A stretch of DNA of 32,000 nucleotides, from assembly GCF_000299365.1 (NCBI RefSeq), contig NC_018655.1, forward strand, positions 720,001 through 752,000, read 5' to 3'. The first letter of the stretch is position 1; each line of letters opens with the position of its first letter. The notes under the pieces were generated by a model, which had not been told where the DNA came from, ran no database searches, and was given only the letters and a program-made list of their open reading frames with translations. Position numbers and translations under genes: made by a program. The stretch is from Candidatus Nitrosopumilus koreensis AR1. GTDB lineage: Archaea > Thermoproteota > Nitrososphaeria > Nitrososphaerales > Nitrosopumilaceae. Below are positions 16,739 to 26,094 of this stretch, piece by piece.

Positions 16739-17476
16739 TTAATTTTTGTCGTGTGGATATTTTTCTTTAGCAGTTTTTGCATAGTTTGCAATCTGCTCTT
16801 CTGAAACTATTTCATACAAACCTGAATCTGTTTTGATATGTGCCATTCTGATATGACTGGTTCCTTCTTTGTCTTCACTTGATAGATAAATTCCTGCACA
16901 AGCTAATGTTGATGCATCATCTAATGAAAGATCATTTTTGTATGTTTTCTCTAAAAAGTCAGTTACTTGATCAGAACCTGAACCAATTGCAATTGCATCA
17001 TAAGAGATGTATGTTCCACTAGGATCAGTCATGTACAATTGTGGTTTGTTGTTAACGACTCCTCCAAGAATTAATGCAACACCAAATGGTCTTACCCCTG
17101 CATATTGTGTATATTGTTGAGATTGATCAGCTAAGTGTTTAGCGATTGTTTCAACTTCTACTGGTTCATCATAAATCATCTTATTACTTTGAGAAAAGTA
17201 TCTTGCATTGTCTACTTGGCTTCTTGCATCTGGTATGTATCCTGCTGCAGCAACACCTACATGATCATCAATTTGGAAAATCTTTTGAGCATTTTTAGAA
17301 ATTTGTAATTTTCTTGGCTTTTCTTCTACTGCTATTACGATGCCGTCTTTGCATTTGACACCAATTGCAATTGTTCCTCTTCTTACTGTCTCAATTGCAT
17401 ATTCGACTTGGTATAATCTGCCGTCTGGTGAGAATACTGTAATAGCTCTATCGTAACCTTGTTGTGCAGGAAGCAT
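16739..17476 (-). CDS. psmA: Proteasome subunit alpha
   Basis: 245 aa. YDRAITVFSPDGRLYQVEYA signature. Confidence 0.93.
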   Translation of the reverse strand: MLPAQQGYDRAITVFSPDGRLYQVEYAIETVRRGTIAIGVKCKDGIVIAVEEKPRKLQISKNAQKIFQIDDHVGVAAAGYIPDARSQVDNARYFSQSNKMIYDEPVEVETIAKHLADQSQQYTQYAGVRPFGVALILGGVVNNKPQLYMTDPSGTYISYDAIAIGSGSDQVTDFLEKTYKNDLSLDDASTLACAGIYLSSEDKEGTSHIRMAHIKTDSGLYEIVSEEQIANYAKTAKEKYPHDKN

Positions 17477-17528
17477 TTGATTCCAGTGCTCTGAAAGTTT
17501 AATTTAAGTCTAGCCTATCAAATTTGCC

Positions 17529-17945
17529 GTGAGATTCGAAATCAAATTTTCTGGACATGAAAATATTAGATCAAACCATCAAAAAACTATAGAAATTACA
17601 AAAGAATCTCATTTGACTCCTCAAGGTGATTGCATAATTGGCGTTGGTGCAAATTATGCGTGTGCTGATTTGCCTCAAGACCTAAAAGACAAACTAAAGC
17701 AATCTGATTCTAACATTACATTTTCTATTGATGTTGGAAAATACAGTTTCACTGTACACGGAAAAGGCCATCCTGATCTAACACTTACTCACACTGAAGA
17801 CATTGTGATTAGAAAAAGTGATTTTGTGTGTCCTAGAACTTTGTCTGTAAAGTGTGATAAGGCATCTGATTTGTTACCTAGAGAGATGGTTTCATTATTA
17901 CAAGATCCCAAAACAAAAGGCACCTTTACTATCACTGTTGATTAA
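17529..17945 (+). CDS. DUF371 domain protein
   Basis: 138 aa. GHENIRSNHQKTIEITKE..LTPQGDCIIGV pattern typical of DUF371. Confidence 0.7.
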   Translation: MRFEIKFSGHENIRSNHQKTIEITKESHLTPQGDCIIGVGANYACADLPQDLKDKLKQSDSNITFSIDVGKYSFTVHGKGHPDLTLTHTEDIVIRKSDFVCPRTLSVKCDKASDLLPREMVSLLQDPKTKGTFTITVD

Positions 17946-17984
17946 CACTGTGACAATTTTATAGTCATTAATCTTGTTTTGATT

Positions 17985-18104
17985 ATGGGTCTGAAAACCA
18001 ATCTGTTTATTTTAGTACCTTTGGCAGTGTTTGCAGCAATAATACTTGGTGCGGGAATGTACATGACATTGTGTAAAAACACTCTTGTTGCTCTACCATG
18101 TTGA
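17985..18104 (+). CDS. Possible 39-aa single-TM micro-protein
   Basis: Hand translation: MGLKTNLFILVPLAVFAAIILGAGMYMTLCKNTLVALPC. Confidence 0.3.
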   Translation: MGLKTNLFILVPLAVFAAIILGAGMYMTLCKNTLVALPC

Positions 18105-18174
18105 CTCTAATTTCCATCTTTAGTTAATTCTGATTTATCATGATTTTCTTAAGATATGGTTTATCTGATGTTTT

Positions 18175-18516
18175 ATGGCAAAACCTACTGTAGAGTTACC
18201 TATTTCAAAAAAACCTACAGATGCTGAGCTAAAAAAACTCAAAGACTATTTCAAAGAAATGCCTGTTGATGAAATTCTTACTGGACTCAAATTTGCTAAA
18301 AACAGATGGTCTGCAAAAGACGCAGGTACACTCAAAGTTGGAAGAAAAAGTATCATCCAAAAAGAAGTTCACTCTGTTACAACTGAGCAAGCTCAATGGA
18401 GATTAAAAAATTGGAAGATGATGATTGCAAATTATAGAAGACGTGGATACAGCTATCCTACAATTTCTAGAATAAAGAAAATCTTAATTCAAAAAAGCAA
18501 AAAGAAATCTAAATGA
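18175..18516 (+). CDS. Hypothetical basic protein
   Basis: 113-aa ORF with an ATG start. Its 3' end overlaps the convergent gene by 8 nt. Confidence 0.5.
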   Translation: MAKPTVELPISKKPTDAELKKLKDYFKEMPVDEILTGLKFAKNRWSAKDAGTLKVGRKSIIQKEVHSVTTEQAQWRLKNWKMMIANYRRRGYSYPTISRIKKILIQKSKKKSK

Positions 18517-19159
18517 ATATGTCTGATTTTTTCTCAACAATTTGTTGTTTGAGAGAATCTGGAACATCTGGAATTGAGGCCTTTGTCTGACCTGCAATAA
18601 TTCCTTGTGCTTCTTCTAATATTGCTAATGTGTCTGCATTAGTTGCTGTACCGACATTCATAGTGTCTCCCAACTCTACTGATGAGCCGGACATTACATC
18701 GCCAAGTATTGATGACAAGTCTTGCATTGATGCATTTGCCTCTGGCATGATTCCATTAAGTGATGGAGCTAATCCTTTGATTATTGACATACATGGGCTG
18801 AGTGTAACTACTACATCTCCCAACTCTGATACTGTATCTAGTCTAAGTTTTACTTGTTCCATTGAAAGTTTGGCACCGCTAACCATGTTTTTCATCTTTC
18901 TTACCTGTGCCAATTCTCCAGCATATGCTTGTGCATAGGCGTTTTTGTTATTTTTTTGAGCATTAACTATTTTTTCAAAAATTTGATCATGTTTTGCCTT
19001 TAGTTTTTCATTTATTCCTTCTAGTTTTGAAATCTGAAATTGTAATTTTTTCTGCGCATAATCAATCTTGTTTTTTAGTGGTTCGTCAGGTCTTACCTTT
19101 CCCATTACTTTTTGAGAGATACTTTCTCCCTGTGTTTTGTTCCAAGAGTTGCTTAGCAT
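18509..19159 (-). CDS. ESCRT-III/Snf7-family protein (CdvB-like paralogue)
   Basis: 216 aa. Basic helical N-terminal hairpin, a central ...MEQVKLRLDTVSELGDVVVTL... segment as in crenarchaeal/thaumarchaeal CdvB, and an acidic C-terminus. Confidence 0.7.
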   Translation of the reverse strand: MLSNSWNKTQGESISQKVMGKVRPDEPLKNKIDYAQKKLQFQISKLEGINEKLKAKHDQIFEKIVNAQKNNKNAYAQAYAGELAQVRKMKNMVSGAKLSMEQVKLRLDTVSELGDVVVTLSPCMSIIKGLAPSLNGIMPEANASMQDLSSILGDVMSGSSVELGDTMNVGTATNADTLAILEEAQGIIAGQTKASIPDVPDSLKQQIVEKKSDIFI

Positions 19160-19203
19160 ATATGATTCTCGATATTGATCAAAATTTTTGTTTTAAAGTG
19201 ATT

Positions 19204-19234
19204 TGTCACCGTAGCTAGTGTAACTAGAGTGACA
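19204..19234. terminator. Nested hairpin (TGTCAC...CTAGT-gta-ACTAG...GTGACA) 17 nt downstream of the stop at 19251
   Basis: Inverted repeats read directly. Function is inferred from position only. Confidence 0.3.
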
Positions 19235-19250
19235 GATAGTTACAGTTACA

Positions 19251-20351
19251 CTATCCAAAGGTGAATGTAAATATTTGAAAGCCTGCACCCTTGACTTTAA
19301 TCTCCAAGACATGTGATGTACTCTCTTTGCTGTTGATAATGTTGTATAGTCCTGGTTCTGAAACCCTTAGGGTATTTCCTGAGGTAATGTCTTTTCCTAA
19401 ATATTGTTCAGGTAGTGGGTCTCCATCAAGATAAATTTCAAGTTCTGCATTGTTTGCAGTAACAATGTTTACCTCTTTTGCATTGTATAGCAGCTTTATC
19501 TCTCCAGTATCTGAAACTAACTCCATGCTGTCTTCTTGATTCATCCACATTCCTATTGGGTAGAATTTGTGCAGGTCTATCTTTTCAGTATCTTGATATG
19601 TTACTGTTTTTCCTGGTTGGAATCCTTCTTCACTGCCTAGCTGATTTCTGTTTTGTGCAAAATGATATCCAAAGTACAACTCTGGTGTTCTAAACAATGT
19701 ATGTTCAAACTCTTCAATGTCAACTAGTGCAGAGTCTGCTCCCATTTGAATTCCTAATGCATCTGATCTTTCTTGTAGTAATTGCTGAATAATTTTTTCA
19801 GTCTCTTGGTATCCTCCTTCTCCAATATGATCATATCTTATGTATCCTTCATGGTCTGCAATGTATTTTCTTGGCCAGTATCTGTTTTCAAATGCTTTCC
19901 AAGTCTCCATGTCGTTATCCATTACAACTGGATAGTTGATTCCATGTTTGTCAATTGCCATTTTCACATTTTCAGGATCTTTTTCAAATTCAAATTCTGG
20001 AGAATGAATTCCAATTACCAATAATCCTTGTTCTGAATACTTGTCATCCCAAGCTGTAATGTATGGAAGTGTCCTGATACAGTTGATGCAGCTATATGTC
20101 CAAATGTCATATAGTATCACTTTCCCTTCCATCTCTTTGGCTAGTTCTTCTGGAGTTGTGTTAAGATAATGAGCAATTCCCACCAAGTCAGGAGCCATTT
20201 TGAATCCAGATTTGTCTATCTGAGTAGAATCATTTGGAGAAATATTTGACACACTTGCCTGATCAAGTGATGAAAATGACACATTAATTGCTGCAATTCC
20301 TACGCCTATTGCTACTGCCAAAATGATTGCTGTTTTAATTTCTGATTTCAT
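19251..20351 (-). CDS. Membrane-anchored thioredoxin-like protein with DipZ-type C-terminal beta domain
   Basis: 366 aa. N-terminal anchor, redox motif WTYSCINC, YWPRKY..., and a C-terminal ...FTFTFG ending typical of the DipZ C-terminal region. Confidence 0.8.
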   Translation of the reverse strand: MKSEIKTAIILAVAIGVGIAAINVSFSSLDQASVSNISPNDSTQIDKSGFKMAPDLVGIAHYLNTTPEELAKEMEGKVILYDIWTYSCINCIRTLPYITAWDDKYSEQGLLVIGIHSPEFEFEKDPENVKMAIDKHGINYPVVMDNDMETWKAFENRYWPRKYIADHEGYIRYDHIGEGGYQETEKIIQQLLQERSDALGIQMGADSALVDIEEFEHTLFRTPELYFGYHFAQNRNQLGSEEGFQPGKTVTYQDTEKIDLHKFYPIGMWMNQEDSMELVSDTGEIKLLYNAKEVNIVTANNAELEIYLDGDPLPEQYLGKDITSGNTLRVSEPGLYNIINSKESTSHVLEIKVKGAGFQIFTFTFG

Positions 20352-20355
20352 TTTT

Positions 20356-21090
20356 TCATCCTAAAAATAATAATTCATTGAGAAGTGGAAAGTTGGCAAT
20401 ATATGCCAGTTGATTTGTGTAAACTAGAATTCCCAAAATCACAATAAATCCTCCCAAGACAATGTTGTAATATTTTAGATGTCTACTCATTGAACGAATT
20501 ATTTTGTTTGCTCTGGAATAAAACACTCCAATCAAAATGAATGGAATTCCTAGTCCCAATGAATACACTAAGAGCAGATTAAATGCAACTGATGGAGTTG
20601 TTGCTGCAAGTGTAAGTATTGTACCCAAAATTGGACCTACACATGGTGTCCATCCTGCTGCAAATGCCAATCCAAAAACAAATGACATTGGATAACTTGC
20701 TTTTGATCTTTTTGGGAAAAATTTCTTTTCGAGATTCAATCTGTTAATCTTCATTGAAAGAAGTAAAAATATTCCAAATCCTACAATAATTATTCCCCCA
20801 ATCTGGTTTAGTCCGCTTAGCAGTTCTCCAGAAGCTGATGAAAGCGTACTGTTGATTATTACTCCCAATGTTGAAAATACTACAGAAAAACCAAGTACAA
20901 AAAATACTGAATTTAAAACAATGTTTGCTCTGTTAATTGAAACTGTTTTTGTCCCATCTTTTTGGTTCAGTTCTGAAAGTGTGGTGCCTGAAATGTATGC
21001 AAGAAACGCTGGAATCATTGGCAAGATACATGGAGCTACAAATGAGCTTAATCCTGCTAATGCTGCAACTGCCAGAGTTATTTCTGTCAC
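20356..21090 (-). CDS. ccdA: CcdA/DsbD-family thiol:disulfide electron-transfer membrane protein
   Basis: 244 aa, polytopic. Conserved APCILPMIP and TPCVGPILG Cys motifs. Confidence 0.85.
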   Translation of the reverse strand: MTEITLAVAALAGLSSFVAPCILPMIPAFLAYISGTTLSELNQKDGTKTVSINRANIVLNSVFFVLGFSVVFSTLGVIINSTLSSASGELLSGLNQIGGIIIVGFGIFLLLSMKINRLNLEKKFFPKRSKASYPMSFVFGLAFAAGWTPCVGPILGTILTLAATTPSVAFNLLLVYSLGLGIPFILIGVFYSRANKIIRSMSRHLKYYNIVLGGFIVILGILVYTNQLAYIANFPLLNELLFLG

Positions 21091-21186
21091 ACATCATAAT
21101 CGTAATTTTTCCTTTAAAGCATTCTTCCAAATTTGACCCAAATTCTCATACAATCCGTTTTTAACTGGGTTGTACCTAATTTTGAT

Positions 21187-21291
21187 ATGAACAAGCGATT
21201 CATTATTGTGGGTATTTTATTAGGAATAGTCGTAGCAGCTGCAGTTCTAATTGGTTCTCCAATGTTTGGCGGCTTTGATGCTATGAGATAA
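21187..21291 (+). CDS. Possible 34-aa single-TM micro-protein
   Basis: Hand translation: MNKRFIIVGILLGIVVAAAVLIGSPMFGGFDAMR. Its stop abuts the bioF stop (convergent). Confidence 0.3.
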   Translation: MNKRFIIVGILLGIVVAAAVLIGSPMFGGFDAMR

Positions 21292-22431
21292 TTAGCAAAA
21301 TTTCACGTATGCCTTCTTGAATATTTCAAGTGCTTTTTCGATATCATTGTCTTTTAGCCATGCTGTAACTGAGATTCTCAGCCTGGCCTGATTTTTTGGT
21401 ACTGTTGGATATCTGATTGGCTGGGCAAACACTCCATTCTCAAGTAAGAATTTTCCAAAGTCCATTGCTGATTTTTCATTTCCTATGATGATTGGGATTA
21501 TCTGGGATTTTGAATTTATATCAAAACCAATCTCTCTGAGTCCATTTGATAATTTTTTTGTATTTTCTTCTAGCTTCTTTTTTTGTTTTTCTCTATCTGA
21601 TTCTAATCTTTTTAATGAATGTTCTACAAGAAATGCAGGAAGTGCTGACGTATAGATAAATGATTTTGATTTGTTTATGCACAAATCAACGACATTGTTT
21701 TTTGCTGCAACGTATCCTCCAAAGGATCCTAATCCTTTGCTTAGACTACTGATGTACAAATCAATTTTTTTTCCAACTTTGAAATGATTTGGTGTCCCTT
21801 TGCCATCTTTACCAACTACAAAATCTCCATGTGCATCATCTACAATTGTTATTGCATTGGTTTTTTCCGCAATTTCAGTAATTTGTTTAAGATTAGACAT
21901 GTCTCCATCCATACTAAATATTCCTTCAGTTATCACAAACTTGTTTTTTCCTTTTTGTTTTAGTTTGGTTTGCAAATCTTTCATATCATTATGCTTGTAA
22001 ATTGAAATTTTGGCATCAGTTAGTTTACATGACTCAATTATACTTGCATGATTTAATTCATCACTGAGAATCAAGTCTCCTTTTTTTGCTATTGCAGAAA
22101 TTGACCCTAGGTTTGCCATGTATCCTGTGGGATATATCAAACTGTTTTGTTGTGATTTGTGTTTTGCAAGTACTTTTTCTAATTTTCTGTACGATTCATC
22201 ATTTCCTGAAACTAGCCTGGAGCTTGATTGGAGCTGATTGATTTTGATCCTTGTTGTTGGAATTCCTAGATAGTCATTTGAGCATAAATTGAGAAGTTTT
22301 TTTCCATTAATTGTAATGTGTGCACCGTGTACTTTTCCGTAATTCAGTTTTCGATAAAGGTTATTTTGTTTTATTGCATGTAACTCTGTATCTACAAAGT
22401 CAAGTTTATGCCTGGAGGCCAATTTTTTCAA
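21292..22431 (-). CDS. bioF: 8-amino-7-oxononanoate synthase
   Basis: 379 aa. PLP-dependent alpha-oxoamine synthase pattern (DDAHG..., SLSKGLGSFGGY). Confidence 0.85.
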   Translation of the reverse strand: MKKLASRHKLDFVDTELHAIKQNNLYRKLNYGKVHGAHITINGKKLLNLCSNDYLGIPTTRIKINQLQSSSRLVSGNDESYRKLEKVLAKHKSQQNSLIYPTGYMANLGSISAIAKKGDLILSDELNHASIIESCKLTDAKISIYKHNDMKDLQTKLKQKGKNKFVITEGIFSMDGDMSNLKQITEIAEKTNAITIVDDAHGDFVVGKDGKGTPNHFKVGKKIDLYISSLSKGLGSFGGYVAAKNNVVDLCINKSKSFIYTSALPAFLVEHSLKRLESDREKQKKKLEENTKKLSNGLREIGFDINSKSQIIPIIIGNEKSAMDFGKFLLENGVFAQPIRYPTVPKNQARLRISVTAWLKDNDIEKALEIFKKAYVKFC

Positions 22432-23383
22432 TCATTTTACGGTCTTTTTCAGCCTCGTTTCCATCCATTGTGAGATAACCTGCAGTAATGATTCCATTTG
22501 CACCACTTTGAAGTAATTCTTCGCCAGAATCATCAAGATTTGTCTCTCTTCCTCCAGAAATTTTGATTACTGATTCAGGTAATAGGAATCTGATCACAGA
22601 AAACATTCTGACAATTTCAGAATTTGGTAAATTTGTTTGTAGTTCTAATGGAGTTCCTGGAACTGGAACTAGTATGTTAATTGTAACTTCTTCTGGAAAC
22701 AGTCTTGCAATCTCTAGTGTTAACTCCAACCTCTGCTCTCTTGTTTCACCTAATCCAATAATTCCACCAGTGCACAACTCTAAGCCTGCATCTCTTGCAA
22801 TATCCAATGTCTTTAACCTGTCTTCATATGTGTGGGTAGTGCAAATTTCTGGAAATTTTGATTTTGCAGTTTCTAAATTGTGATTATATCTTTTTACTTT
22901 GAGTTCTTTTAGTTTTACAGCTTGTTCTGGTGTGAGAAATCCCAAACTACACTCTACACTAATCCCAACTTTGTCATTAATCTCTGTAATTATCTTGCAA
23001 ACTTTTTCAAAATCTGTCTTTGATGGTTCACGCCATGCTGCAACAAGACAATATGATTCTGCACCTTCTTCTTTTGCTTTTTTAGCTTTGGATACCACTT
23101 CTTCGGGTGATGGTAATTGGTATGTTTCTATTCCTGTGTCAAAAAATGCAGATTGTCCACAAAATGTACAGTCTTCACTGCATGCGTTTTTTTTAATATT
23201 GTTTAATTGTTCGACGTCTACTTTTTCACCATTAAAGTCCCTGGTAATTTCATTTGCACATCTTGCCAGATCTTTTAGATTCTCTTCTGGAATGTTTAGT
23301 AGTTTTTCAGCATCTTCTGCAGTAATGTGATTTCCAGAAAACACCTTCTCTTGGCATTCTTTTATGAAATTTAGGGTATCCAT
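22406..23383 (-). CDS. bioB: Biotin synthase (radical SAM)
   Basis: 325 aa. CSEDCTFCGQS CxxxCxxC cluster motif and YNHNLET. Confidence 0.9.
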   Translation of the reverse strand: MDTLNFIKECQEKVFSGNHITAEDAEKLLNIPEENLKDLARCANEITRDFNGEKVDVEQLNNIKKNACSEDCTFCGQSAFFDTGIETYQLPSPEEVVSKAKKAKEEGAESYCLVAAWREPSKTDFEKVCKIITEINDKVGISVECSLGFLTPEQAVKLKELKVKRYNHNLETAKSKFPEICTTHTYEDRLKTLDIARDAGLELCTGGIIGLGETREQRLELTLEIARLFPEEVTINILVPVPGTPLELQTNLPNSEIVRMFSVIRFLLPESVIKISGGRETNLDDSGEELLQSGANGIITAGYLTMDGNEAEKDRKMIEKIGLQA

Positions 23384-23460
23384 GATTTGATGTGAAATTT
23401 TCCATTTATAACAATGAAGCTAGTGAATTTCTTCCCTTTATTGCTATAATTTTGAAAATA

Positions 23461-23490
23461 GGTTAACCTCCATACCATAGGGGGGTTAAC
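23461..23490. promoter_or_regulatory. BirA-operator-like inverted repeat GGTTAACC-N15-GGTTAAC (site A), 78-107 nt upstream of bioB
   Basis: Read directly: GGTTAACCtccataccataggggGGTTAACagt. Confidence 0.65.
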
Positions 23491-23587
23491 AGTGGTTTTA
23501 AAAATATTATTGGAAGTTCAATACCACGTGGATTCAACCACCGTTTTGGGTATGAAAATGGGCGCATTTAGGCACACATACCAAATT

Positions 23588-25147
23588 CTATTTAGCGAGT
23601 ATTATTTTTGAGTTATTGATTTTTTTGTTAATCAAGTTCTCTGCAACATCAATCATATGATTAAATTCATCTTCATTTTCTTGATGTTTGGCAAATTCAA
23701 CTAAACTTGACAATTTGAAACAATTCTTTATTTCGTCCATAGGAATTTTAGTATTATCAAGATAAGACAAAAGTTCTTCATGGGTAATTTCTTTGTTCAA
23801 GTTTAATTCATAGCTCAAAAATATCCTAAGTGCCCTACTAACTTTACTATATGCATCTTTGAATTGTTTTTCTTTGAAATTATTTCTTGCTTCTTTTATT
23901 AAATTAGTGGATTCTAAAACATGATCAAATTTTGTAGATGTTATTTTGACAATTGGTTTTGGCAATATTTTCTTGGTAGTTTTTAATTTTTTATACAAAA
24001 CATATGCAACAACTACAATTGGAATGAATACTAAAAGAGAATAAAGATATGAATAATCTTCAGAAGGTTTTTCCAGATGAATTTTTTCTAGATTATCATT
24101 TTCAAAATCTGCAGTAATTGTTGCAGTTTGGATTTCTTGATCTTGATAATTCAGTGAGATCGTAGTCCTGTTTTTATCAGAAAGAAATTCCATATCCTGT
24201 TCTACAAATCCATTTTGGGTTAATTGATTTTCATATTCTTGAAAAGTAGGATTGTCTCGCAGTATAGACAGTAATTGTTCTCTTTCTTCTTGGGTTTGTT
24301 TTTGTATTTCAGTCATGGTTCCATTTACCATATTTCCCTTCACCTTAGCCCATTTTCCCTGTCCATTTTCATAGTTGACTTCAAAACTCCCTGTAGAAGC
24401 AGAACTAGGATCTAGGCTCCCAGTAGTCACATTATACCCTTGTTGCAGGAGTTGTTGATGGGTTTTCTGAAAATCTTCATTTGAAGCAAGTTGGCTTTCA
24501 AATTCTTTTTTTAGTTGGGTTTCTTCTTGTAACTGTTCTTGAATTTCCTGTTTTAATGCACTGCTGTCTTGAGCCATCTGATTATTTTGTAGTCTTTGTT
24601 GAGGATCTTGCATCAGAGGAGATTGATTCATCAATTCATCTAATTTTTGTTGCAGAGATTGTTGTGATTGAGATTGTGTGTTCTGATTAGATGAGTCTTG
24701 TTGTGAAGATCTTTGCATTTTATTTTGTATATTATTTTTTTGAGACTCATCGGATACAAAATGAATAATTATTGGTTCAAAAGATACATGCATGTCGTTT
24801 CCATCGTTGTAGTTAAAGTTGAGAGTTACAGTCAAAGTAGTAGGTGAATCACTAGTTCCAAAATTCAACGAACCGTTTTGGTGTCCATCATCAATTATGA
24901 ATGTAGATGATTGTGTGTTTGAGCTTGAAAATTGCATGTTTCCTTGTAGTATTTGCTGTGAAATTGTATATTGTAGCATGCCAGATATTTGATGTCCATA
25001 GTCATTTTGAATCTCCAAAGGGATTACTGCATTCTCTCCAACTAAAAAATAATATTCAGATTGATCAACAGACATTACAAGTTCTTCAGCAAATGTTAAT
25101 GGAAGCGAACCCAGTAGCAGTACAACAAAAAAGATTTGTTTTTTCAT
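23588..25147 (-). CDS. BatD-like membrane protein: signal peptide, beta-rich ectodomain, Q/N-rich linker, one TM helix, helical cytoplasmic tail
   Basis: 519 aa. Signal peptide MKKQIFFVVLLLGSLPLTFA, TM LLVFIPIVVVAYVLY. The C-terminal tail resembles the BatD / MoxR-operon accessory-protein tail. 4-nt ATGA overlap with the VWA gene. Confidence 0.6.
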   Translation of the reverse strand: MKKQIFFVVLLLGSLPLTFAEELVMSVDQSEYYFLVGENAVIPLEIQNDYGHQISGMLQYTISQQILQGNMQFSSSNTQSSTFIIDDGHQNGSLNFGTSDSPTTLTVTLNFNYNDGNDMHVSFEPIIIHFVSDESQKNNIQNKMQRSSQQDSSNQNTQSQSQQSLQQKLDELMNQSPLMQDPQQRLQNNQMAQDSSALKQEIQEQLQEETQLKKEFESQLASNEDFQKTHQQLLQQGYNVTTGSLDPSSASTGSFEVNYENGQGKWAKVKGNMVNGTMTEIQKQTQEEREQLLSILRDNPTFQEYENQLTQNGFVEQDMEFLSDKNRTTISLNYQDQEIQTATITADFENDNLEKIHLEKPSEDYSYLYSLLVFIPIVVVAYVLYKKLKTTKKILPKPIVKITSTKFDHVLESTNLIKEARNNFKEKQFKDAYSKVSRALRIFLSYELNLNKEITHEELLSYLDNTKIPMDEIKNCFKLSSLVEFAKHQENEDEFNHMIDVAENLINKKINNSKIILAK

Positions 25148-26094
25148 TGAATGATCCTCCCTTTTCCATATCTTATGTAAATTTGAGCAAAGAATAATCC
25201 AAGTGATGCTACAAAGAACCAGTCTTTTATGCTAGTGTCTTCTTTTTCTCGTTTGATGTCTTTGCTAATATTTTTGTAAATATTTTCTAGAGTCTGAGAA
25301 TCAATTGATTTAAAATATTTGCCACCAGTATTTTCTGCAATTGCCTTTAGTGTAGCCTCATCTAGTTCTGCATATTGAGCCCTACCAAAGAAATCATATC
25401 CCAGAACCACCTTCTCTTCTGAGCCTAATCCAATCGTATAGACCTGGATATCATTTGATTTGGCAAAAGCGATTGCCTCCATAGGGGTAATCACGCCTGC
25501 GTTGTTGACACCATCACTAAGAAGGATTACCACTTTTTGTTTATTTGGAACAGATGTTGCCATATCGATACCAAGACTAAGCCCATCGCCGATTGCAGTC
25601 TTGCCCTCTCGTGGTAAGATGTCTTGAAGTTTTTCTATGACTTTGTCTTTGTATGGACTAAGATAAGCTGCAGTAGTAGCTCCAGTTTCAAAGGTTACAA
25701 TACCTGCATTATCTTTTGGTTGAAGGGATTGTAATAAAATCTCAGCAGAACTTTTTGCCGACTCTAATCTGTTTGGAGGATAATCGTTTGCCTGCATACT
25801 TCCAGAAACATCAATTACCAAAACAACATTGACTCCTTCTTTTGTTTGCTCTAATGGTACATGAGGATCAGCAAATCCAATTATCATCAATGCGATAACT
25901 GCAATGGATATGTAAAATAATAGAGAATCACGTTTAGTTTTTTTCTTGTTACCTATAGCAGATTTGATGTATGATAAATTACTAAATTGTATTGCAGCTT
26001 TTTTCTTTTTTGTTAGAATTTTATTGTATAAATAAAATAATCCAGGAATTACTAAAAGAAAAATTAGAATGTAAGAATTGTCAAATCCTGCCAT
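25144..26094 (-). CDS. VWA-domain membrane protein (BatA-like)
   Basis: 316 aa. Two N-terminal TM helices and one C-terminal TM helix. MIDAS motif VIDVSGSM. Confidence 0.85.
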   Translation of the reverse strand: MAGFDNSYILIFLLVIPGLFYLYNKILTKKKKAAIQFSNLSYIKSAIGNKKKTKRDSLLFYISIAVIALMIIGFADPHVPLEQTKEGVNVVLVIDVSGSMQANDYPPNRLESAKSSAEILLQSLQPKDNAGIVTFETGATTAAYLSPYKDKVIEKLQDILPREGKTAIGDGLSLGIDMATSVPNKQKVVILLSDGVNNAGVITPMEAIAFAKSNDIQVYTIGLGSEEKVVLGYDFFGRAQYAELDEATLKAIAENTGGKYFKSIDSQTLENIYKNISKDIKREKEDTSIKDWFFVASLGLFFAQIYIRYGKGRIIQ

